In this document: one piece after another, positions 41,101-51,733 of the stretch
Layout: every line of letters starts with the position of its first letter
How positions within the stretch are numbered: position 1 is the first letter of the stretch
NCBI GenBank assembly: GCA_037447605.1
Contig: CM074805.1
Coordinates: forward strand, 3,877,361 to 3,941,360
Length of the DNA: 64,000 nucleotides
DNA from: Zygnema circumcarinatum SAG 698-1b
Taxonomy: Eukaryota; Plantae; Zygnematophyceae
Direction: 5' to 3'
The notes under the pieces: generated by a model
Seen by the model: only the letters and a program-made list of their open reading frames with translations
Databases searched by the model: none
What the model was told of the DNA's origin: nothing
Translations under genes and position numbers: made by a program

Positions 41101-42315
41101 CGGAGCAGGTCAGCCTCCAATGGGGACTCGGGTGTTTCAGTTTCAGTTTCAGTTTCAGTTTCAGTTTCAGTCTCAGTCAGCTCTATGAACGAGTTTGAAC
41201 GTGGCATGACTTCCCGCCTTAAAGGTCAAGATATTTTTTAGCTTTAGAAACGCATATTTGCATGTCTCTTTGTCTGTTCGTTTTTTTTCGAGTGCTTGTC
41301 GACTGCCTGCAGCAGCTGCCTGTTGAAGCTGTACGGACGTGGTGGCGCAGGAGGGCATATCGTGCGAGCTCATCGACCTGCGGACTCTCCTTCCGTGGGA
41401 CATCGACACAGTGGAGAGGTCGGTGAAGAAGACAGGGAGACTGCTGGTGAGTGGGGGGTAGGCTCTCCCTCCATCTCCTGCTGTCAGCAGGGAATTACGG
41501 CAGAATGATGAGTGTAAGCAGTCAAAGCAAGGGCGCATTAGAAGACAAGAGTTAGCTGGTTATTCATTTTTTTTTGGGAAGGAAGGAAGGAAGGAAGTAG
41601 AGCACTCAGTAATGTGTCCTCCTTTAATCAAAGCATTGAAGTTGAGCAGGTGAGTCATGAAGCACCGATTACCGGTGGATTTGGAGCGGAGGTGGCAGCC
41701 GCCATAACAGAGCGCTGCTTTCTAAGGGTGAGAAACTCTCGTACTCTCCCTCCCTTTCTTATCCGACGTCGTTCTTCCCTGGTTAATATTCCATGAAGTT
41801 TGTTGTAGCCCCTACATCCTTAACCCTAAATCCTAACCCAAACCTTAAACCTCAAACCCGAAATCTCAGACCCTGAAACCCTGAACTCAAGCCACTACAC
41901 CCTGAACCCTAAACTCTGAACCCGAAACCCTAAACAATGCAGGACTGTCAGGGAGGCAGTGTGTATATTGCTATTGCGATATCTTATCTTAATCTTCCCT
42001 CCCTGCCTTAAATATAATGTATGAAGTAGTGAGCCATCTCTCTCTCCCTTGTGCCTGCATGCAGTTGGAGGCGCCAGTCTCAAGGGTTTGCGGCCTGGAC
42101 ACGCCATTCCCGCTTGTGTTTGAGCCCTTCTATCTGCCCAACGAGGACAGGGTGAGTCAACTCAGGCAACTCAATTTCTGACTCGTAAGTATGTATGGGC
42201 TAAGGATGGGCTTGGCGATAACAGGCTGTTGCTCCTTGAAGCTTTGATAAAGCGTTTCTTGTTGTCTCGCCCTTTGCAGCTACTTCGTGCCATCAAGTCG
42301 TCGGTTCACTATTGA
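38179..42315 (+). CDS. BCKDHB: Branched-chain 2-oxoacid dehydrogenase E1 beta subunit (mitochondrial; DIN4/BCDH-beta type)
   Basis: 14 exons: 38179-38343, 38950-39047, 39347-39458, 39554-39589, 39858-39917, 40070-40127, 40269-40366, 40477-40566, 40796-40864, 41022-41108, 41351-41446, 41650-41727, 42065-42151 and 42280-42315. Motifs [61 protein letters not shown] and [10 protein letters not shown]. Confidence 0.96.
41822..41934 (+). repeat. Degenerate interstitial telomere-like (CCCTAAA-variant) tract in a BCKDHB intron
   Basis: Run of CCCTAAA/CCCTGAA/CCCGAAA/CCTTAAA variants. Confidence 0.8.
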
Positions 42316-43144
42316 AAGTGGCGGTCTGTTCTTTTTTTAGCGAAGATGTGTCTTTAGCGCGGGCCGGCTGGCAGGCTGCAGGGGTCAATTGTTGGCACGA
42401 TGTACATATGTGTGAGCTGTGTGGAGGCAAGTAGAAGCAGGGCTAATTTAGTGTGTGAGTTGCCGGGGCAACTTGGCGAGTGTACATAGAGAGGGCTGTG
42501 GACAGCGGGAAACGCTCCCTCTTGGGCAGCGGCTTGGGCTCCGATCTTGTTGTAAAATTTGTTTTTTTAATGTGTTTGATGTTTTATTGCCATTGGGGTT
42601 GTGGAGGATGGCACGCATCTGCCTTATAAGGATGACTTTGTTGGACATTCACATGCCCAGAGGCTGAGGCGATGTAACATGCAATATGCAGGACAAGGGT
42701 CTATGGGCTCATGGCACCCTAAGAAGGCACTCCAATCATCATAGAACAAAAGTTGGTGTCATTGGAGGGCAAACACCGACTGCCCTCCAAAGACTCGAGT
42801 TGATGGCATCCGTGGAAGGACTGCCTTGAGTGCAACCATTTGTTGATCAACGCATCTCTTGCGGTGTGAATCTCAACGTTGAAAAAGTTGACCTCAAGAC
42901 AACATGGCGAGTTCAAGATGTGAATTTCTAATGGAAACAGAAAAGCCCAACTTGTAGCTTCAAGAAGAGTCGTTTCATGGTTGCACCATGAAAAGTTGTG
43001 AGCACTTGGCTCCCAACAGTTGAACACTAAAGTACTTCCACCGCTCAAGCTTGATTGATATCATCAGGTTGGCGGGAGTGAGCCTTTTGACCAAAACCTG
43101 CTGTGGATGAACTGGCAGCTCAGCGAACCAGTTTCCCTGTCCAC

Positions 43145-44774
43145 TCACACCCCCCCTTGCTTGTTCTTGGCGTCCCTGAAGGCCGAGCCTTGCAATCGCC
43201 AGAGGGCCGCCAGCAGACTCCCCATAATGGAATGAGTGACGGACGAGACGGCGCAGGGTACAGCAGTCAGTGGATTCCCAAAATGCTGCAGGGCCAGAAA
43301 CACTCCCAGCACCGAATTCTGCACACAAGGGCACAACTCATCAGTAAAACAAACTACTCCACGTCTCCCAGCAGAGCTATCCCTGCTGCCCAAAGACGTG
43401 CCTTTACATTTTCAACCTTATTGCTGTATTGCACCCCAAAGTTCTTCTGCCCTGGCCCAGCTGCGGTAGTGGCCTTACCTGCATTCCAACTTCAATTGAA
43501 ATCGTTCTCGCAGTCGGAAGGTCGAACCCTCCAAGTCGGGAGAGTGCATAGCCCCCCAGAAAGCCCCCTCCGTGGAGAGCCATGACAGAAAGGAGAAGGG
43601 CTCCCGTCCCCCCCTGCTGCAGAGCAGCTGCACTGGAAGCCACGGCGCTGCCTACCACCGCCGCCACAGTGAGCACAGCGACCAGGGGGGAGAAGGCAGC
43701 CACTCTCTGTACAGCTGCAGGGAACAAGTGGTTTGCAAAGGCGCCTATGGTAACAGGAAGGAGGACCACCTGGCAGGCAGAAGGGAAAGCTAGGCTTAGA
43801 ACAGAGGACTGCGGGAGGACGGGAGTACACGTATGTTTGGTTTGTCTGAAGAGAGGCACTCTTGGAGCATCTCAGGATGCAGGATTCAAAAGCGGGCTCT
43901 CTTCATCTGATGGCATAGTCAATTGGTTTTTGCTTCAAAGTGCAAATGCAGAAAGAGGGAGAGGGAAAGAGAATGGGAGCAAGAGTGGGAGGTGGAAAGG
44001 GCTGAGGGGGAAAGAGAGAGTGGGAGCGGGGGAGTATGTAGAGGTAGGCAACGACGGACGGGGGGATTGAGGGAAGGAGGCAGAGCCACTGACCTGCAGA
44101 GTCGACAAGATCAGGCCCGCCGCATCAACAGGGACTAGCTGGCCAGCAAGCTGGGCTGTCAGGAGAGGCGTCATGACCTGCATTTGGTATCAATGAAGCC
44201 GATAAGTTCTTAATCCACATTGTAAAAAGAATTCATCCTTACTTTGGGCAAACACATGAACACGTCTCTTGACGCTTCTACTTGGTATCAGCCTCAACAC
44301 GCATATGAGAAGGGGTGAGAGCCACAGACCACAGCAAGCAGGGTACTCGACGCTGTCATGAGCACAGATAACGCCACATTTCCTCTGTTCAGTCAGCCCC
44401 CCCGAAACGCCCACCACTACGCCCCCCTCTTGTGCGACTGTCAGATGCTAATCCCGCTTATTCTGCTCACGACATTAGGGGCTTTCTCCACCTTTTCGAT
44501 TGCCAATTTTTTTCATACAACTTCCTATTCCTTAATCCCTGAATGAGAATAGTTTCCGCTTCTAACTTTTTTCCAATTTCAACGTGCATGCTTGATTCAT
44601 GATATTAGTGAAAGACAAAGTTGACAGAGAGGTAGGCAAAGTCAACATCTCCCAACTGTTTAAAGGCATTAAGGAAGAGCCTGCCAGAACGCCCTCATCG
44701 ACGATTACCATCATACAACTTTGCCTGCTCTCAGTCTCACCTTGCCAGATATGTCACAATGTTACTGGCCGTTC
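43145..44774 (-). CDS. BASS1: Bile acid:sodium symporter family protein, BASS1-like; 3' half only, 5' part missing at the gap
   Basis: Exons 44774-44741 ([12 protein letters not shown]), 44384-44330 ([18 protein letters not shown]), 44177-44094, 43769-43479 (..[10 protein letters not shown]) and 43318-43145 ([26 protein letters not shown]), all phase-consistent. Confidence 0.9.
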
Positions 44775-45074
44775 CTGCCAGGCCATACAAATTCTTTATT
44801 AGCTTTATAACTTATACAGGCCCCTTACAAAGACCCGACGTGCACTTAAAATCAACATTCCTTTCTTTCTGCCTACTTCTTTCCTCTTGCGAAGCATAAG
44901 TTCTCCTCTGCTCATAGTTGGCCACGTTCACAAGCAAATGCAATGGTGCGCAGCATTAATGTTGTGCCTGCAAANNNNNNNNNNNNNNNNNNNNNNNNNN
45001 NNNNNNNNNNNNNNNNNNNNNNNNNNNNNNNNNNNNNNNNNNNNNNNNNNNNNNNNNNNNNNNNNNNNNNNNNN

Positions 45075-45170
45075 CTCCTCTCCTCTCCTCTCCTCTCCTT
45101 TCTCTCCTCTCCTCTCCTCTCCTCTCCTCTCCTCTCCTCTCCCTTTCTCTCCTCTCCTCTCCTCTCCTCT
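45075..45170. repeat. (CTCCT)n microsatellite beside the 100-N gap
   Basis: Direct reading. Confidence 0.95.
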
Positions 45171-45230
45171 CTGCGAGGGACCACACTGAGAGTAAAGAAC
45201 ATTACGGCGGCAGTCCCCCCCCCCCCCCAC

Positions 45231-48200
45231 CTGAAGGCGTCACTGGCCGCGCTGATCTCCCCCGCGAGCAGCACCTCGGGGGCCATGTGCCCCACCGTGC
45301 CCACGCCCACGTTCACAAACTCCACCAGCCGCCCCTCCCCGTCCGCACCAACTCTCTCCTGCGTCGAGGGGTCCTGCTTTCGGATGATTCTCGCGCATCC
45401 AAGATCCGCTACCTGTAAACAGCACAATTCAGGACTTCAGCTACATGTTTTCTGTCTCTCTCTCTCTCTCTCTTTCCCCACCTCCCCTCTATCTCCCTCA
45501 TTCGTTCTCTTCGTTTCACTTTTCTTCTGCTCTAGATGTATCATTTCCCTCGCGAGGGTCAAAAGCTACCGCCGAGCAGGCAGCCGCCCTTCACGATGCA
45601 GGAAGCGAGGCAGCCCGTGGCACCTTGGGCTCGAAGGAGGTGGTGAGGAGGATGTTGGAGGACTTGACATCGCGATGCAGAATCTGCGGCTTCTGCGAGT
45701 GGAGGTAGTTCAGCCCCCGCGCGGTTCCCAGGGCGATGCGGAGCCTTCTCTCCCACGTCAGAGGGCCGGTCTCCTCCTTCCTCTTCCCTGCACCCCCGTG
45801 CCCGTCCCGTCACGTCACGTCACGCTGCCGCCTCGCTCTGTTCTGCGCTTTCGGCAAGAAAGGCTGCAACGGCTGTTCTGCGCCTGCGGACACGTTCCAT
45901 GTGAACAGTTAGGGTTTGCGGGGAGGGCGCACCATGCAGGTGGTCGAAGAGGCTGCCGTTGGGCAGAAACTGGTACACCAGGAGGCGCTGTTTAGGGGTT
46001 GTGCAAAACCCTAAAAGCTTGACCTGCAAGCCCGTCCACCCTCCGCTTTTAACTCTAAATTCTGAAGAGAACCTGCTAAGGAGTGCCATAATAACAATGA
46101 GATGAATGGTGACTGGAACCGTCTGTTTGCACTAGACGACACTCCAAAGGAAGAGAGCAAATATTTCACAGGTCGGACCGTTGGATAAAAAATTCGAATG
46201 GTTGCGAACCATCGTTTTCGCGACCCAGCCAACCATTGCCAAAGGTTGGAACCATTGATGCCAATGGTTGCCAACCATTCGAAATGGTTTGGATCCATTG
46301 GATCCAATGGTTGGCACACATTCGAAAGGTTCGAAACCACTGGCCCCGGACCAAAACAACCATTGCCAATGGTCGCAACCTGCCATGGTTGACAACCGGC
46401 CAATGGTTGGCAACCATTGCAATGGTTGCCGATCCCACGGTCCGACCTGCGCCATATTTTGGGCGCCAAGTCGAAGTACACGCAAATATCTTGCACAGAT
46501 ACTGTACGGTACTCCGAAACTGGCCTCGCGTTCCGTGTGCATGTCCGTTCCGGCGCGCTCAACTGCGGCCGTTGAACTGCGGCCCCACGGCCCGCGCCGG
46601 ACCGATCAGCCACTGGATCACTCTGCCGGGGCTGCCAGGCCGTACGGCCGCGCCACGGCCCGGGCCCCACGTGGCGCCCGCCGCGCAAAGTCCTGTACAC
46701 GACAAAACGGGCCGTTATCGAGTCTCAGCCGGCCAGCTGGACCGTACCCCGCCCGCCCAGCCATGTCGGCAGGCATGCAGCCACGTCAGCGACGGACGGG
46801 ATCCCGCCAAAGGCGGGCTGGCAGCCAGCTGTCCGAGCCTGCTCGCCCGCCCGCCCGGCTGTCGGCGGGCGCCAGATTCGGCGAATCCACAGATCCGCCA
46901 GCTGGGGGGGCGGCCGGCCGCCGGCCCCTAGCGGGGTCCTGTGCCGCCCCGCGCGGCTGGCCGGGCTGCAGCGGCAGCCGCCCGGGCGCGCGCCGACAAA
47001 GGGAGCCCGTAGGGCGCGCGGCCGTACGTACGGCCGGGACGATTCGGCCACAGGCCGGCAGGGCCCGGGCGGCCGGCCGGCCGGCAGCCCGCGCGCTCGA
47101 CAAGGTCCGGCGGGGGCGCGCGGCAACCGACAGCCGGCCGGCCGGCAAGTCGCGCGAAGCCGCACGGCGGGGCGCGCGAGACGCCGCATTTGGCGGGCGG
47201 CTCCTCGCGACCCGATCGCCGCGTGGCAGGGAGGCGCTCGCCGCGCCGTACGGTCCGCCGAAAGTCCGTACGGCCGAGACAAGAAATGTGCACATACATG
47301 CTCCGACCCCATCCATGCCCATGCCCATGCCCATGCCCGTGCCCATGCCCATGCGGCCGGAGCATGCATGCATGCGTGAGGGCGAGGGGGGGGCGGGGGC
47401 GTACGAGGTTGCGGTGCGCGAGGCGCGAGAGCAGCTCGAGCTCCGTGAGGAACTCCTCGTCGCCCTGCGCGCTGCCCTTCTTCAGCGCCTTCACGGCGAC
47501 CACCTTCCCGCCCGCCGGCAGCACGCCGCGGTACACCTTCCCGAACCCGCCCTGCCCCAGCACCGCCCCCTCCTCGAAGTTGCCCGTCGCCAGCTGCACC
47601 CGCCCGCGCCCTACCTCCCGTCAGCGCCGCGCGCTCTCGCATCGCGTCTGCTCTCCCCCCTTTCTCGCTCTTTCGCTCTCTCCTCACTCGTTAAGTTACT
47701 CCATCCCTGCCTCCCACGAGTCAGAGAGACAGACCCTCGCACAAACACACAGACACACCCATACCTTGAGCTCCGCCAGCTGGAACTGGGTGTGCTTGGC
47801 TCTCAGGTTGAGCGAATCGAACTTGGCGAGCTTCATGTCTTTGGGAAGCGACCCGCTCCTGCATGATCCGCGCCCATCACACGCCCCCGCTCAGCTCTCA
47901 AGAACAAAACCGCACAATTGCGTATAAAAAATGAAAAAAAATCTATTTAACATCCTGTTAGCCGCGAAAGCATTCAGCTGCTAAACCGCATTTCTCCAGT
48001 CCAACTCAACCAGCCAACCTGCATCAAAATTTGCTCACTGCATCCACCACCTCCCCTGCAAACCCCACTCTTGCCCCATCCCACACCCCTCGTACTGCCG
48101 CAGCGCCCCTCTGCAAGCCAACCTGCCGCACCTCGTGGGCCAATCCGTCTCGCTTGCGCTCTTCTGCGACTTCGCCCGCCAGATCCTGCTGACGTGGCCT

Positions 48201-48370
48201 GCCTGCGTGGCGTCAGGCGAGACGTCCAGCGCGCTCTTCCCCGGCCGCGGGGGGCGCCCCTCGCCGCTCCCTGCAGGCGCGAGGCACGGCAGCTCCAGCT
48301 CCAGCACCCACTTAGCCAGCACGCCATCGAACCGCAGGAACAGCCGCATGCACCTCAGCGCCACTAGCAT
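45231..48370 (-). CDS. Receptor-like (Pelle-family) cytoplasmic protein kinase; subdomains I-VIII visible, C-terminus missing at the gap
   Basis: Exons 48370-48132, 47858-47765, 47593-47405, 46023-45933, 45787-45624 and 45412-45231, all phase-consistent. Motifs [77 protein letters not shown] and GTVGHMAPE. The start codon is uncertain. Confidence 0.9.
46159..46459. mobile_element. MITE-like element in kinase intron 3: imperfect 28-bp terminal inverted repeats around an AACCATTG/CAATGGTT array
   Basis: CAGGTCGGACCGTTGGAT (46169-46186) pairs with ATCCCACGGTCCGACCTG (46432-46449) at 17/18, extending to 24/28. No clear TSD is visible. Confidence 0.55.
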
Positions 48371-48400
48371 GCCTCCTGCCCTGACGCGCGCTCGCACGCG

Positions 48401-48440
<40 letters not shown>

Positions 48441-49579
48441 GGAGACACAGAGAGAGAGGCAGAGACACAGAGGAAGAGAGAGACGAGAGACGAGAGAGAG
48501 GGAGAGGGAGACAAAAGAGGGAGGGCGAGAGACGAGGGAGGGAGGGAGGGAGGCGAGAGGGGAGCACAGAGAGGACGGCGCCAGCCGTCCCGAGGCAATG
48601 GGGTCCTAGTGAGCAGGCCGGCCACGTGGCACAGCTCAAAAAGGCCCCCCGTACGGAACTCCGTACGGACGAATCGCGCCTTCAGCCGTCCCGAAAGCAG
48701 GCCGTCCGTATCGTACGGATAGCGCGGAGCTGCCCTGTCCGTATGGTCCCACGTGGGAACGGTTTGTGCCGTCCAAACTGCCCCCCAAGTAACGGAGGGG
48801 GACAACGACGGGCCGCCGCGCGCGTGTGAACGGAACTCGTTCAAACGGAGGGCCACATTAGGGCTAAGGGCCGAGGGCGAGGGCGAGGGGCATGGCATAG
48901 CATGGCATAGCATGGCATGGCATGGCATGGCCTTGCATGGCATGGCCTTGCACGGCATGGCCTGGCATGGCATGGCATGCCATCCCCTGGCATGGCATGG
49001 CAAGGCATGGCATGGCATGGCAAGGCATGGCATGGCATGGCAAGGCATGGCGTGGCACCCTCCTGGGAAGCAGGGCGCAAGCAGTGCAGGCTTCCGAAGT
49101 CAGAAAGTTGCAGAAGCATGCCTGTCTGCCTGTCTGCCTGTCTGCCTGACTCAAGCGCGCTTCAAGGCCACTGCTGCACAACTGAGAGGGGAACAGCAGG
49201 GTTGGTAGCATTAGTAAAGGAGAGCTAGCTCCGACCTATTCCGACCATGGTGCTGCTCACAGCCACTTACCGCGAACTCTGCAGAGGAGGCATAGTGCTT
49301 CTTCATACTCGCGACGCTATCAACCTTGCAAAAGCTCCTTCATAAGGGAGCCAGTATGAAGCAGCAACAGGGCTGCTCTTTCAGAAACACAGAAGTAACT
49401 CCACGATTGAAGGAAGCCGAAACGCTTTTCCGTCGAAAGAGCTTGTGCGCTCAACAACAGAGAGGTTGAGGTTGATGGTAGCCCTTGACATTGATAATTC
49501 AGGCAATACTTACACATGAAACACTTGTCAAACCTAAAGTGACAAGCATTACACCAAGCCGGGGGGGGGGGGGGGGGGG
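47803..49579 (+). repeat. 1777-bp tandem duplication, copy 1
   Basis: Apparently identical to 49590-51366 (offset 1787; the ORF track repeats exactly). Confidence 0.97.
48886..49050. repeat. (GGCAT)n pentanucleotide satellite (duplicated at 50673-50837)
   Basis: Direct reading. It explains the MAWHG/MPCHA ORFs. Confidence 0.95.
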
Positions 49580-49589
49580 NNNNNNNNNN

Positions 49590-50187
49590 TCAGGTTGAGC
49601 GAATCGAACTTGGCGAGCTTCATGTCTTTGGGAAGCGACCCGCTCCTGCATGATCCGCGCCCATCACACGCCCCCGCTCAGCTCTCAAGAACAAAACCGC
49701 ACAATTGCGTATAAAAAATGAAAAAAAATCTATTTAACATCCTGTTAGCCGCGAAAGCATTCAGCTGCTAAACCGCATTTCTCCAGTCCAACTCAACCAG
49801 CCAACCTGCATCAAAATTTGCTCACTGCATCCACCACCTCCCCTGCAAACCCCACTCTTGCCCCATCCCACACCCCTCGTACTGCCGCAGCGCCCCTCTG
49901 CAAGCCAACCTGCCGCACCTCGTGGGCCAATCCGTCTCGCTTGCGCTCTTCTGCGACTTCGCCCGCCAGATCCTGCTGACGTGGCCTGCCTGCGTGGCGT
50001 CAGGCGAGACGTCCAGCGCGCTCTTCCCCGGCCGCGGGGGGCGCCCCTCGCCGCTCCCTGCAGGCGCGAGGCACGGCAGCTCCAGCTCCAGCACCCACTT
50101 AGCCAGCACGCCATCGAACCGCAGGAACAGCCGCATGCACCTCAGCGCCACTAGCATGCCTCCTGCCCTGACGCGCGCTCGCACGCG

Positions 50188-50227
<40 letters not shown>

Positions 50228-51366
50228 GGAGACACAGAGAGAGAGGCAGAGACACAGAGGAAGAGAGAGACGAGAGACGAGAGAGAGGGAGAGGGAGACA
50301 AAAGAGGGAGGGCGAGAGACGAGGGAGGGAGGGAGGGAGGCGAGAGGGGAGCACAGAGAGGACGGCGCCAGCCGTCCCGAGGCAATGGGGTCCTAGTGAG
50401 CAGGCCGGCCACGTGGCACAGCTCAAAAAGGCCCCCCGTACGGAACTCCGTACGGACGAATCGCGCCTTCAGCCGTCCCGAAAGCAGGCCGTCCGTATCG
50501 TACGGATAGCGCGGAGCTGCCCTGTCCGTATGGTCCCACGTGGGAACGGTTTGTGCCGTCCAAACTGCCCCCCAAGTAACGGAGGGGGACAACGACGGGC
50601 CGCCGCGCGCGTGTGAACGGAACTCGTTCAAACGGAGGGCCACATTAGGGCTAAGGGCCGAGGGCGAGGGCGAGGGGCATGGCATAGCATGGCATAGCAT
50701 GGCATGGCATGGCATGGCCTTGCATGGCATGGCCTTGCACGGCATGGCCTGGCATGGCATGGCATGCCATCCCCTGGCATGGCATGGCAAGGCATGGCAT
50801 GGCATGGCAAGGCATGGCATGGCATGGCAAGGCATGGCGTGGCACCCTCCTGGGAAGCAGGGCGCAAGCAGTGCAGGCTTCCGAAGTCAGAAAGTTGCAG
50901 AAGCATGCCTGTCTGCCTGTCTGCCTGTCTGCCTGACTCAAGCGCGCTTCAAGGCCACTGCTGCACAACTGAGAGGGGAACAGCAGGGTTGGTAGCATTA
51001 GTAAAGGAGAGCTAGCTCCGACCTATTCCGACCATGGTGCTGCTCACAGCCACTTACCGCGAACTCTGCAGAGGAGGCATAGTGCTTCTTCATACTCGCG
51101 ACGCTATCAACCTTGCAAAAGCTCCTTCATAAGGGAGCCAGTATGAAGCAGCAACAGGGCTGCTCTTTCAGAAACACAGAAGTAACTCCACGATTGAAGG
51201 AAGCCGAAACGCTTTTCCGTCGAAAGAGCTTGTGCGCTCAACAACAGAGAGGTTGAGGTTGATGGTAGCCCTTGACATTGATAATTCAGGCAATACTTAC
51301 ACATGAAACACTTGTCAAACCTAAAGTGACAAGCATTACACCAAGCCGGGGGGGGGGGGGGGGGGG
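49590..51366 (+). repeat. 1777-bp tandem duplication, copy 2, bounded by 10-N gaps (likely assembly artefact)
   Basis: Both copies end in poly-G immediately before N gaps (49580-49589 and 51367-51376). Confidence 0.95.
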
Positions 51367-51733
51367 NNNNNNNNNNGGGGGGGGGGGGGGGGGGAGGTGC
51401 TAAGTCTATGAGCACTATGAGCTGAATGTTTGCAAACTACCCCTCTCTTAATATTCCCTCAACACCCAAACCACTGAAACCTGAATCTCGGATTCTGCCA
51501 ACTCCCGCATGGAATCGGCAAAATATCGGAGACCTAAGGGGATAGAGACAGCAGGTGGGCGGTGACAATTTCATTAAACCTCACAAAACTTGATGGGGTA
51601 AAGGACACTGCAGTCTTCAAGAAGGCATGTTGGAAGAACTGGCTCTCGTCCACTCCTTTCCCCCACTCCCTCTGCCCCTCCCTCCGTCACTTCTATACAC
51701 CTGACGATGGAGGAGACGTCCTCGTCACTCTGC

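Noticed and set aside
42762-42790. Perfect 10-bp hairpin TTGGAGGGCA/TGCCCTCCAA between convergent genes
   Set aside because: A single short stem with no supporting context, and bacterial-style terminators are not relevant to a nuclear locus.
45997-46018. Telo-box-like AAAACCCTAAAA
   Set aside because: It lies within kinase coding sequence (K-L-L-G-F) and is explained by codons.
46268-47866. 532-aa and other long Arg/Ala/Gly/Pro ORFs
   Set aside because: These are stop-poor frames from a GC-rich intron and the antisense strand of the kinase exons, with no domain motifs.
48035-51015. Many MAWHG/MPCHA repeat ORFs
   Set aside because: They are translations of the (GGCAT)n satellite and GA repeats, doubled by the tandem duplication.
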